From Orbicella franksi (lineage: Eukaryota), in the NCBI GenBank assembly GCA_964199315.1, contig OZ116707.1, positions 16,306,001-16,370,000 on the forward strand: a stretch of DNA of 64,000 nucleotides, written 5' to 3'. How positions within the stretch are numbered: the stretch's first letter is position 1; each line of letters begins with the position of its first letter. Positions 1 to 12,381 of this stretch are shown here, in pieces. The position numbers and the translations under genes were made by a program. Under the pieces are notes generated by a model. That model worked only from the letters and a program-made list of their open reading frames with translations. It was not told the origin of the DNA and made no database searches.

Positions 1-38
1 TCAAAAAGCTTACTAAGGAGAAAGCAACTGCACCAGCC

Positions 39-3032
39 ATGCGCAAATGGTACCTTCCTCACCACCCTGTTCTGAACCCCAAGAAACCTGAGAAGGTTCG
101 TCGAGTATGTGATGCCACTGCAAAGTTTCAAGGCTCATCATTAAACAGCCAACTTCTTAGTGGCCCAGATTTGCTGAACAACCTTGTTGGAATTTTCATG
201 AGGTTTCGAGAAGAAAAGGTTGCGCTTTCAGGAGACATTGAAGCGATGTTTAACCAAGTTGCTGTCCCAGAAGAAGATCAAGCTTCCCTTCGATTTCTGT
301 GGCGTCAATCTCCTGAATCATTGACAGAAGTCTACCAGTATGTGCGTCACATATTTGGAGCCAAATGTGCGCCAACCTGTGCTAACTATGCTCTATTGAG
401 AAGTGCAGAAGATAATGAGAAGCAGTTTCCGAATGCTGCCTTTGCCATAAAGCGAAACTTTTACATGGATGACCTTTTCAAGTCTGTTAAATCAAGTGAT
501 CAAGCTCTGGAACTGCAACAAGAACTTGTTGAAATGCTAAACAAAGCAGCTTTTCACTTGACCAAGTGGATCTCTAATGAGACAGAAGTGATAGAGCGAA
601 TACCAGAATCGGAAAGAGCGCCCTCTATCAAGGTTGTGGAGGAAAGCATCGTAATGCCTATGGAACGTGCTCTTGGTGTCGTTTGGGATACCAGCTCAGA
701 TTGTTTTGTCTATGAAGTGGTGAAGAGAGACATTGCGGACACGCGTCGGAAGATTCTGAGCTTGATAGCATCCCTCTTTGATCCGATTGGATTTCTAGCT
801 CCATTTCTGGTCAGAGCAAAAATCTTCCTCCAGCATGTGTGGCAGTTAGGTATTGGATGGGATGATGCACTGCCACCAGAGTTTCTAAAGGAGTGGTCCA
901 AATGGCAGGAAGAGCTGGATGGAATTGCACAGTTTCACATTCCCCGTTTCTATCGTCACATACCAGACAACCCGTCTGTTATTGACCTTCACATCTTTGG
1001 AGATGCCAGTGAACAAGCATTTTGCGCAGTGGCTTATTTCAGATTCTGCTATGTCAGTGGGGCAGTGCGATGTGCATTTGTTACAGCGAAGACTCGGGTA
1101 GCCCCGAAGAAACCCTTGAGCATCCCAAGGCTTGAACTGCAGGCTGCTGTTTTGGGTGCAAGATTGGCTGCTGTAGTGATTAAGGAACATGATTACATCA
1201 TTGATTCCACCTATTATTGGACAGACAGCAGTACTGTGTTTCAGTGGATTCGTGGAGTGTCTAAGCGCCACCCCGCCTTTATTGCTAATAGAATTGGAGA
1301 GATCCTGGACAGCACCGAACCCAACCAATGGAACCACTGTCCTGGACAGATAAATCCTGCAGATGATGGCAGCAGGGGACTTCCAGTGAGCTCTATTACT
1401 TCTGGGAGTCGTTGGGTAAATGGCCCTGCCTTCTTACACTTACCTGAAGAGAGATGGCCAAAGGAAAATGCAAAGCTTGAAATTCCCAAGCCGTCCAATG
1501 ATGACCCACAAGCCCAAGAAATGGCCATTACTTGGACTGGTGTGGTGAAAGGTTCAAAGAACGATTTCTTATCTCCAGCGAAATACTCATCTCTAACAAA
1601 GCTTCTCAGAGTAACTGCTTACCTGAAACAGTTTATATATAACTGTAAGCACCCCAAATCTGAACGTCACATTGGTTCTTTGTTGGTTGAAGAGATGGAG
1701 CAAGCTCGAAAGTTTTGGATCTGCATTGCCCAAGCAGAATCCTTTCCTCAAGAAGTTGCAGTTCTCAAGTCGAAACAGCATGTTTCAAGCAAGAGCAAAC
1801 TGGTATCTCTCTCACCATTCCTTGATGGGCATGGAATCATTCGTGCAGGTGGTCGAATTGAGAGAGCCGATATTCCATTTTACAGTCGTCACTCTGTGGT
1901 ACTAGCACCAGATCATGAGTTGACCCGTCTCATCATCATGAACTGTCACGAGAAATTGAAACATGGAGTGGACCAAGTACGAAATGAGTTGAGACAACAG
2001 TATGGGATCTTACGCTGTCATGCTACAGTGCGAAAGATCCTTCAGCAGTGTTCTTACTGCAGAAGGCGAAAAGCGAAACCAGAAGCACCCTTGATGGCAA
2101 GTCTACCATATGATCGCTTAAGTGTTGCACCACCATTCTCGAAAGTTGGCGTGGATTTCTTTGGTCCTCTTAAAGTGAAGCATCTTAGAAAAGAGAAGAG
2201 ATATGGTTGTCTCTTTACTTGCTTGGTGACTAGAGCAGTTCATTTGGAGGTTGCATTTGACTTGTCAACCGATTCCTTCATCATGTGCCTTAGGCGGTTT
2301 ATGGCTCGAAGAGGTAAACCAACTGTGATTTACTCCGACAATGGAACAAACTTTGTAGGAGCAGACCGTGAGTTATGTGAATGCATCGATGGCTGGAATC
2401 AGCATAAGATCGGCAGTGAGTTGAGCTAAGAGGGAATTCAGTGGGTATTTAACCCGCCTGCCGCACCTCATATGGGAGGTGTATGGGAGCGCCTCGTACG
2501 ATCATGCAAGAAAGCCCTTAATGTTGTTCTACAGAAACAAGTTCTTACTGATGAGGTGTTGCTTACCGCCTTTGCTGAAGTGGAATGGGTTGTGAACAGT
2601 CGTCCGCTTACTGAAGTCAGCTCGGATGTGGATGACCTTGAAGCTCTGACACCGAATCATTTCCTCATTGGAAGAGGATCTCTCAACTTACCGCCCGGTA
2701 TCGTTGACGACAAGGAGTTGTCAAGTCGCAAACGTTGGCGACAAGCACAAGTGGTGGCAAATCATATTTGGAGTCGTTGGTTAAGAGAGTAACTACCTGG
2801 TTTGATTACTCGAAAGAAATGGACTCAACCTACTGTAAATGTCAAGGTCGGAGATTTGGTGTTAGTGGTTGATCGGGCAGTTTCAAGAGGTTTCTGGCCC
2901 CTTGGCAGGATTGTAAAAGTCTTTCCTGGACTTGACAGTATTGTAAGATCAGCAGACGTGAAAACGAAGTTTGGAGTAATGAGACGCCCTGTGACAAAAC
3001 TTGCCGTCCTTGAAGAGTGTTCGACCAACTAA
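39..3032 (+). pseudogene. BEL/Pao pol (RT-RNase H-integrase), interrupted by in-frame stops at 2427-2429 and 2790-2792
   Basis: ORFs 39..2429, 2472..2792 and 2802..3032 are in one frame and form a continuous Pao pol ending in the typical WPLGRIVKVFPG...VRSADVKT...RPVTKL tail. Confidence 0.92.
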
Positions 3033-3055
3033 ATCGGGCGAACACGGGGGGAGGA

Positions 3056-3277
3056 TGTTACCGCCGAAGAACAGTATTTTATTTTTGTTTTATTTTGATC
3101 GTGACGTTTCGTGTCAATGACATGAAGTAGCTTGCAAAACTTTGTAACCACCCAGACGGACTCACGTGGAACTGATTTTGTAAAACTTGGACATGTCTTT
3201 GGTTATTAAAAAAGTGTTAAAATCAAATTTGTTGTCATTATGCGAGTTCATTGGGGACTAAAGAAGTAGCGGCAACA
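3056..3277 (+). repeat. 3' LTR (222 bp) of the first BEL element; PPT GGGGGGAGGA at 3046-3055
   Basis: Starts TGTTACCGC directly after the PPT and ends GCGGCAACA (inverted termini, TG...CA). The partner LTR is outside the window. Confidence 0.8.
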
Positions 3278-5830
3278 TGGGTAATAAAAATTGGAGACTG
3301 GGGAAGCTAGAGCAGAGCACAGAGACCACCTGATGTCTCAACTGTCTTATCAGGATCCTTTGAGCAATGCAGTCGGGACAGTGCCTTTCTTAGCCCCAGA
3401 AGTCATGTGCCGGGGGGGAGCCAACCAAATAATCTGATGTCTACAGTTTTGCAATGCTTTTGATTGAGCTTCTCTGTCCTCACAGGGCAAATCCATGGGC
3501 AGATGACTGTAAAGTGCCGTGTATTGGTGCATACGGTACATCCCAAAAATAATGTATGTGCAAAAAGTGGTGCAAGAACACGCAAACCGCTGCAAGAAGT
3601 AAAAATGTTGTGTTTTTGCGGTTTACCCGCAAGCACATTCAAAAGGCAAGAAGTTGAAAGTCTAACCGTAAGAAGCCACAAGAAGTTGAAAATCTAACCA
3701 CAAGAAGCCACAAGAACTTATGAATCTTACCGCAAGCCGCAAGAAGGCGCAACAAGTTGTTGTAGGTCAAACAGTCTGTTTGTTTATAAGTGCCATGTTG
3801 GTGGTCAAAATGCTCAGCGTTTGCTCGCAATGTTCTTTTTAACCATAAGATAAGTCACTGCAGTGGGAAGAGATATATTTCCAACAGCTGAGACCAGATC
3901 TGGATTTATGTTTGCTTATACTGTAAAAATAATATTGAACGCACTTGCTTATTATGTACTCGCGTGTTCATGACACCTACAGTTGTACGGAAAAAAAGCC
4001 CTTCGATCACTTGAACAGTCCGCTGGCAGATTATGCGACAATCACAAAACGTCTCTCAACAATGAAGCTCATGAAGAAACAGTCCACGTAGAAAAATTGA
4101 ACTATGGTGTAATTAGTCTGGGTTTCGACGCTTTTTGCTTCTGAACACAAAATTGATTATCATTCAGAAGTGTTGATGTCTTCTTCTTGAAGATATGTGA
4201 GCGAAGACAACTTTTGTTCAAATCGCACACTGAACTGCAAAGACTGTGTGCACTACGATGTTGTAAATTTCTTTAAGAACTTTTCGCAGAGTTAGTATTA
4301 CAGGTGAAGAGCTCTTGCAGAAAATATATTTTGTGTTTCTAAACAAACAGAGAATCCACTGAACGAAATCTTTTAAGACAGGGTGCACTGATATTGTTGT
4401 GACGCCTTGAATTTGCATAAAGTCTTCAAACATTACTGATGCATGAAAAGTCATGCTTTTCTCATGCATGCATGTAGTCCGGTGCTTGTTTTCGTCGACT
4501 GAGAAACTTGCTTGCTTCAAAATTTGGGTTACACTTGGAAGCTACCTCCCAGTAAATATGTGTTTTTTTAACCTTTGTTCTGGACAGAAAAAGCCATTTC
4601 AAATAAGCTCATTTTGCGCCATTATCACACTGCGGGTCCGAAACTCCGACACACATCATAATAACTGTAAACAGTAAAATTTCCTTCATGTCACCGAAAA
4701 ACAAAACAAAGTGTCTAATTCAGAACCAACCGATGAAAAAAGTACTGTTCTTAAACTGATGAAAATAATTATAAACCAACAAAAAGCCAAGGGCCTTATC
4801 TCTGTGTCAATCTGTAAAGTTATTTTGAGACTCTCAATTCACAGGTTGCTTAGCACGTGGCCAAACTCTTCCCACTGTTAGTGATAAAATCTACCGACTG
4901 ATGTATTCGCGAATGAAAACTCTCTCCAAGGAAGACTTCAACAGCGTATAGACTTTATATGGCTTACACTTTAGAACTTATAATATTAGTCACATCATTA
5001 AGAAACTTCCCAAGATCTCTTGTGTAACAGTAACTGTATACGTAGTAAGGTCGACGATTCGTTTGTTAGTCGGTACGGCTGAGAATCAACTTCTTCTTCT
5101 GTTATATTTGTTTACGTTTTGATGGATTGAAATACAGCTTTGTAGAACATGTAAACAGCAGCTCATGCCAACCAACGAATTGGAAGTTTTATCAAATGCG
5201 CATCCGTTCATTACTTTTTGTTTGGCCGTTCCTGGGGATCGGTCCAAATTTGAATTAAGTTAGGCTCATAAAAAGTTTGTTGTCTGAACTGAACTTTAGA
5301 GTTTAAATTATCAAGAGTTAAGAATTTGTCATTTTAATACTTCTTACGGTAAGTGCCGGCACTAGTTCTGTTTTTTAGTTGTGTTTTTTAGAACCCATCG
5401 TGAAGACGGTGCTATCTTGATACAGATTTTCGCATGCTAAGATATTAGCGCAAACAAGTTCTTGCGGTTTGAAAATCCTACTGCAAAGAAGTTCTTGCGT
5501 TTCGAAAATCCAACCGCAAAGAAGTTCTTGTGGTTTGAACTTCTAACCGCAAAGTTCTCGCGTCTTGCAGGATCCGAGCGCAAGCGACCCGCAAGAAGTT
5601 GCTGGCTTGCAGATGCAAAAAGAAGTTCTTGCGCCTGCATTATTTTTGGGCAGTACTGTACCTTCTACAAAAGAAATGTTTCAACTTACCAGGTGAAGTT
5701 GTCAATATCCCCGAATCTATATTAAGGCGTTTCTTGCAGCTGATTTAAAATGTGCTGGAATGAGGATCCCCTTCAAAGGCCACAATTTACAGAAATTCTA
5801 AAAGAACTGCTGTCAATGAGTAATTTTATG
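3278..5830 (+). pseudogene. Protein kinase C-lobe pseudogene, split by the TIR element at 3534-5658
   Basis: Manual translation with frameshifts: WVIKIGDWG, AVGTVPFLAPEV, SDVYSFAMLLIEL before the insertion; KMCWNEDPLQRPQFTEILKEL after it (subdomains VII-XI). Confidence 0.75.
3534..5658. mobile_element. Non-autonomous TIR DNA transposon with TA target duplication and subterminal repeat arrays
   Basis: Left ta|CGGTACATCCCAAAAATAATG; right CATTATTTTTGGGCAGTACTG|ta. Repeated GCAAGAAG(TTCTTGC) motifs at about 3580-3760 and 5450-5635. No recognisable transposase. Confidence 0.75.
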
Positions 5831-6549
5831 CAGAATGACAGTATCACAAACATGAAAGCAGCAGTTTACCAAAGTACTGGAACAACAGATCAGATACATT
5901 AACGACAAAAGCAACAAACACGATTCCATTGATGCGAAAATCTGGAATTTAACAATGCACCAAGGATCGGCTTTGGAAACCTTCACAGATATTGCTGTGT
6001 CTTTTGAAGAAGCTGGAAGTTTGAATCCAAAAGACCTCTGTGCAGATACAGAACAACAGGCATTTCAACTTGATGGTTCCCATGCATGTACATTTTTCGC
6101 CACGACACTCACACATAACCTAGGGATTCTGTTTATGTCAGAAAATAATATATTGAATAGCAAAAATGAATTGAAGAATTTTGTAGAAACACTGATAACG
6201 GATCTACCTAAGAAAATAAACAATACTAAATACCAAAGGTGGGTATGATGCTTTTCATAATTATTGCAACTTCATAATAAATACCAATTTACTATTGCAC
6301 ATTCAATGCTTTTCTGTTGGTAAAACATATTTCCATAAATTAAACAGCCATTATCATGAATTACATCTTATTGACGAGACCACTTCAAATGCAATTATTG
6401 CTAGATAGGATATAATTACTATGGTGCTGTGACTGTTACTTGCCTCTTAGAATTGAACTTGCCTTGTTAGTATGAATTAACCATTTGAAAAGCATTGCAT
6501 GCGTTCTAAAAGTATTATGTTACCTACTGCTGCTACATAATTTCATGTT

Positions 6550-7270
6550 AGTATCAAATTCATCAGGAATGGGTTCAACTCCCCCCTTTTACGAAACACT
6601 TTTGAAATGATATTGGAAATATGTGAAAAGTAAACTCAAGGGAGGATGTACAAATATCATGCATGTCATTTCGCTTTGTTAAATTTAAGAGGCTAGTAAA
6701 TAATGAATTACTGTGATATTAGAAAGCCCCACACATTTAAGAGAACTGTCTAATAACTTTTGTACACATCTTTTAAATTAGTAAAGTTCACCTTACATGT
6801 AATTTCTCGAAGAAAGTTCACACATGTATCAATGTGCCCCTCTGAAAGGGTATCCAATACATACCCAACATTCAGTTTATGTGCTCCTCATTTTTTTACA
6901 ATTAGGCATGTGGAACTCAATACGAGGTGCAGTGGAAGATAACCGGTATAATCAAAGCATCCCAAAGTACCTGCAGGAAAAGCGCAGGCAATTTTTGTCC
7001 TACTGTAAGAATAGAATATCTGCCACTGAGGAAATCAGCCCTGAAGAAATTAGGGAGGGTAAAAGAAAAGGAGAGTTCCATGTTGCATCTGCTGATTCCA
7101 AAGACATCTGGTATCCTTTGGCAGAGATGACAAAATGCCCAAGTGCAGCTGCCCGGACTTCAGTTGAACAGGTCTACTGTGTAAGCACTTCTTTGCTGTT
7201 TTCCAGCGTAATGCAGATTGGAATTGGGAGGCGCTACCCAGGAGCTTTTGAGAAAATCCACATCTCTGTC
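6550..7270 (+). pseudogene. SWIM zinc-finger remnant, probably from a MULE-type transposase
   Basis: 7135-7206 translates MPKCSCPDFS*TGLLCKHFFAVF (CxC...CxH). Upstream frames are broken. Confidence 0.5.
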
Positions 7271-9063
7271 TAGATGATGACGTTTTATATAAAACTAATC
7301 TCAATCTTGACTCCATACCTGAGGATCCAACTGAGCCTCCATTGTCTGCCTTTGTGCCACAACCACAAGTAGAGCCAAAGATGATAATAGAGTGAAATGA
7401 GTGAGGCAATGAAATGCAGGCAGACTCTCAAGCAGATAACATCTTTGACACAAAACGTTGAAGATATTAGTGCTCTTAAAGAACTGGGCAGCTCCTTGCA
7501 TTCTATTCATAATAAGTTTTTGTGTTACCAGGTCACAGATGGAAATACTATGCCAGTGGTGAAAAAATCAATAAAAAAATTAGAAATATGGAGACGAGTG
7601 CTAACCCTTTGATGCGTTCGACAAACTCGTACCCAGGCTCTCCATTTTTTGAGTAAAAATGTAAGCCTTTATAGTCTCCCCTCGTCAAAAACCTTCCTGA
7701 AGACGACTGAACACTTGGACAAAAACAATATTTAGCAGGGGAGGTAGGAGAAAATTGTTTAATTCAAGTTTAATGAATAAATTAATCACAATCGAGTGAG
7801 TGAGTGCCATTCAACTGCCTCCTAAGCTCATGGATGACGTCATCCACAAGCACATCATCCATGAGCAATAAAAACGAGAAGATAATGCAATATTTATTCG
7901 ATCCTCAGGATTTTGATCATCTTTGGCCAGAAAATGAGGAAGACAATGAACTTTGTGACACCTTGAAAAATTCCCTTCAGGAAATAGATGCAAACATGGT
8001 ACCTGTAGCAAAAAAATGCTATTCCACATGTTATTTAGTTACTGTCGTATATTTCATATTACCGTTCTTCAAGAGTCGATTTTTGGCCCACACGTGAATT
8101 GTACGAGTTCTAGATTGTTTTGCCATCTACTGGTTTAATTGTCATAGTCAGCAAACTCAAATACGTTTACTCGTCAGTTATTTAAGTTGCCTATAGTTGT
8201 GCTTAACTTCAGAGAGTGTGTAAGGCTAGTAGCCGAAGAGTAAAGCCATCGTTGAAGAGTCTTGGTACCTCTTGGCTTGATCAAACGAGTGAGCCTACCG
8301 TCGAGTAGGTTCTGCTCCTTAATCAGTGGCCACGCTAACATTAGTTGGAGAAGTACACAACAATAGTGTCTAATATCATTGATATTTGGCTTTTTCTTTT
8401 TCTGCTGGGATCCAGTTAAAGGGATACTCTACACCTCAGAACATTTTAAAAAAAGATAGCTAATAACCCAAATAAGAAGTATTGAACAGCTATAAGTGGT
8501 CAATCTTCGTATTTTTTGTGTAAATGGGGAATGTTCTTGACTTGCGGTTCGAGCTTTGGTTAACAGGTCAAAAACTGGAAGTGACGTAGAAAGGAGAACT
8601 CGCAAAACCTCTTCGATAATATTTACACCGGGGAAGATCAGCTGTGCTACGAAAAAGCTCGTCGTGTCGTGTGTTGTGTGAAAACATAGTCCAGGCCTTG
8701 TGCTTAAAATACCATAGAAAACCTTGTTTCTCTCTTTGAATAATTTTAGCGTAAGATTCTTCTCGTAAATGACTAGTTCAACATCATTACAGCCATTTAT
8801 AAGTAGGTGCGACTATCTCTAAAATTGCACCTATATCGTTATTGACTGAGGACACTTCAAAGATTCTTTGTACCAATAATCACGTGTATAAGTTCGCTTT
8901 CGCATATCAAGAAGTCAATTCAAGCAATAAAGTGTAATAGAGTTTATTATAGAGCAGTTGAGTTGTGTGCCCATTCTGTGTGAATTTAACACCAGCCCAA
9001 ACACTGCGACGCGACCACAGCCCTGTGCGTAACACTCCTTCGGCTTAAGCGCAACATACTATA

Positions 9064-11430
9064 ATGCCACATCGCTGTATAGCTGGTGGATGTTCTAACA
9101 TTTGCAAAGATGGAGTAAGCCTTCACAAATGGCCTGAAGATGCCCACTACGCTAAGCTATGGACGAATGCCATGGAGAACACCCGTACTGATGTTTTCAA
9201 CCCGACAACTAGCCGACTTTGTAGCGCTCACTTCACTGAGGATTCCTTTGAAGAACAGACGGTGATAACGAAATCTCTGAGCTTAAAGATGAAAAATATT
9301 TTGAAAGCCAATGCTGTTCCTACGATTTTTAAGAATGGTCCTCCCCAAAATCCACCTCCCCACCAACAAAACCTGTTCCTAGTGGCAGAGTCTTCACTTC
9401 TTAACCTCTTTCGGTTCTGCCCAGTTTGCCGGTCGGAATGTGAACGGATGGTCGAATCAAGAATTGGTACGAAAATAACAGTGTCGCAGAAATGTTATTC
9501 CTGCACATTCGCGACAAGCTGGGATTCGCAGCTCTCAGTTGGAGACATTCCTGTTGGGAACATCATGCTGTCCTCTTCTATCCTCTTTGGTGGTGGAAGC
9601 CCAGCAAAGGTGCTGAAGATATTGAAACATATGAATGTGCCAACGATATGTTACTCAACGTTTATGAATCACCAAAAGAAGTATCTACATACTGCTGTGC
9701 AGAGGACATACCAACAGCAACAGTCCAGTCTGCTGAACAGCATCAAAGCTGAAGGGCAGGAATTAATAGTGGGAGGTGATGGCCGCTGTGACAGCCCTGG
9801 TCATTCAGCTAAGTATGGAACCTACTCCCTTACGGATGCTGAGCAAAATAAAATCCTAGATTCTCAGTTGATACAGGTTTGTACTGGATTAAATTTAAAA
9901 TGGGCTCACAGAAGTATTTTTGTGCTAAGTAATACTGCATTTTAATTAATACTTATCATTAGAGCAACGAAGTGAAAAATTCAGATGCTATGGAAAAAGA
10001 GGGGCTTGCAAGATCACTCATATTCTTAACTGGTGAAGGATTGTCCATTAACACCTTAATAACAGACAGGCATGTGCAAATAAGAAAACATATGAGGGAG
10101 AGATGGCGTGGAGTTAAGCACAGGTTGGATGGTTGGCATGTTGGAAAAGGTGAATATTTGAAAGAAATTTAATTTGGATTAAAATCAACTGGCACAATTT
10201 TTAGCCACTAGTAACTGTAATTTTATTTAGGAACTGGAAAGAAGATTGATGCCCTTGCTAAAAAAAAGAATTGTGCTGTGGTTCAAAAATGGAAGAGGAG
10301 CATTGTCAACCACATGTTCTGGTGTGCCTCGTCAACAGATGATGATGACCCTGATCTCAAGGAGACAAAATGGCTGTCCATAACAAATCACCTCATGAAC
10401 AGGCATTCTGGACATGAAAATCCATCGTTTCCTAAGTGTGCTCATGGAAGGTTACATGGGAGAGAAAGAAAGAAAAAATGGCTCAAGCCAGGTACATAGT
10501 TAAAAAAAACTTTAAACTTCGTCAAGTCTCAATATCAACAAGCCTGTCTCATTAATAGCCCCCATATATACATGCATATTCAGGAGTATGCTTTTACATG
10601 AACACAGTTATTTGGTATGTATCATGATGTTTGATAGTTGTAAGGGATTAGATGCTTATCACTATAGGTGAAATCATTTATTTTTTGCAGGTACACCACC
10701 CTATGAAAATCTCACAGAGCTGCTGACAAAGGGGTCCCTCTTGAAAGATATAAAGCAAATTTCAGGACAACATGCTACATCTTCTCTGGAGGCCTTCCAT
10801 TCTGTCTACAACCACTTCGCTGCAAAAATGGTGGCCTTTTCGCACCATGGAATGACAAGCAGGTATGAAAACTTGAGCATATCATAACATCATAATGCAC
10901 ACTAACCTTGGTTAGAAATGTGACATTTTTCAGGTTGCCAAAAAACCTCTCTGAATTTATGTCATATTGAATGGAAGGTAAAACAAAAGCAAAAATATCT
11001 ATCTTTTTAGGTTGCAGATTGCAATCATGCATTTCAACGAAAACAGTGACAGGGAGCAGGCAACACTGCAAGATGGCAGAGAACGATTCAACATTGCTTT
11101 CCCAAAGTACAAGAAAGGAGAGCATACAGTAAAGAAGATTTTAGTGAAATGTACATATGGTGAGTAAAGAATTAAAGAATTTAGCAAACTGAAATTTACA
11201 ATTTTTTCATTTACATATTTACATTACATGTGCATGGTTAGACCCCACTTACTTTCATTTTTCACGTAGGGTATGTTGCCAACCTGAAAGAGAGTGTTGT
11301 ACGAATTCTCCAAGGCACTGAAAGTTCTGTTTTGGAGAGAGCTGATGCTCCCCGATCACTATCATCAGATTATGGCCGCCCTGACAAACAGGCCGCAGTC
11401 GATGCATTAAAATCAAGATTCAGGAAGTGA
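9064..11430 (+). CDS. THAP-domain Kolobok transposase, 6 predicted exons: 9064-9876, 9963-10149, 10231-10491, 10691-10862, 11011-11159, 11270-11430 (580 aa)
   Basis: THAP (CIAGGC...W...LCSAHF); motifs GDGRCDSPGHSAKY, ITDRH, DGWH, TSSLEAFHS, HFNEN, FPKYKKG. All five GT-AG introns are phase-consistent and the spliced frame has no stop. Confidence 0.82.
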
Positions 11431-11482
11431 CTTTCTTCACCAGGATCGTCCTCATCCTTAAAAGCTATATTGCAATATATTG

Positions 11483-11797
11483 ATAAGTAAATAAAGATGG
11501 TGAATTTTAAGCTCAGGTTTTGAAATGTGTAAGGTGAATTGATCAACAACACACGAGTATGGGACAAAGAAAAATTCTGATTCCCCGCCAGGAATCAAGC
11601 CCATGACCTCCCGAAGACTGTGTGGACGCTCTATCCACTGAGCTATGAGAACGCATGGACAGCAAGGTCATTAAAGTGAGTTCATATGTGACAGGTGTCC
11701 TGCATACTGCTAGGATCAGCACTGTCAAAGTATCAAGAATAGTGATAAGTGAATAAAGATGGTGAATGATGATGACTTTGATCAATTCACTGTTCAC
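11483..11797 (-). repeat. tRNA-like-containing short interspersed insertion with 14 bp TSD
   Basis: Minus strand about 11647-11578 has A-box TAGCTCAGTGG and B-box-like GGCTTGATTCC. Flanked by ATTGCAATATATTG at 11469-11482 and 11798-11811. Confidence 0.65.
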
Positions 11798-12381
11798 ATT
11801 GCAATATATTGTTAAACAAACAGCCATATAATTAGTGAAATCTAACCATAGTCAGACTGAAGTCAAAATTAATTTCATTAGAATTATATACTAACATGAA
11901 AGAAAATAAAGAGTATTGCTGTTGTTGTTGTTCAGGAACAGCAGAGACCGTTTTTAAGTGGTAGGGCTTAAAAATCTGGCCAATATTACTTTCAAGTAGT
12001 AAAATCCAAATTTTATCCAGATCATCTGAAGCCCTAGAAAATAAATCCCAGCAATAAAAGTGGTAGGGCTATAGCCCTGCCAGCCCCTCCCCCTCCACAG
12101 TCCCTGTTGTTGTTAGTAATACTCCACTGATCTCATAAATGCAAGGATCTTCGATCAGTCTTAGAAGACTGACTCAGTGACACAAAGTGAAATGGAAAAT
12201 AAAACATTAAATGAGGATCTTAGAATGTTTACCACCTTCACAATATAAATATGTTCTTCAAAGTATCTTACCCAATCACCCTAGTGCGATTATTTCGTCA
12301 GTTATAATCTCAAGGAAAACCCCAACAGACTAGTAGGGTCAACTAGAAGCTCAATTGAAATACTACACAGTATTAAAACAA

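Larger units (their letters stand above)
1..3277 (+). mobile_element. BEL/Pao LTR retrotransposon, 3' part (runs off the window start)
   Basis: RT motifs ([22 protein letters not shown]), Pao RNase H ([24 protein letters not shown]), integrase (HxxxxH...Cxx[25 protein letters not shown]), followed by a polypurine tract and an LTR. Confidence 0.95.

Noticed and set aside
2427-2429. Programmed readthrough in BEL pol
   Set aside because: A second in-frame stop at 2790 falls in a conserved EY position; simple decay explains both.
11578-11647. Functional tRNA gene
   Set aside because: The B-box is degenerate, I could not pair the stems convincingly, and it lies in a TSD-flanked insertion.
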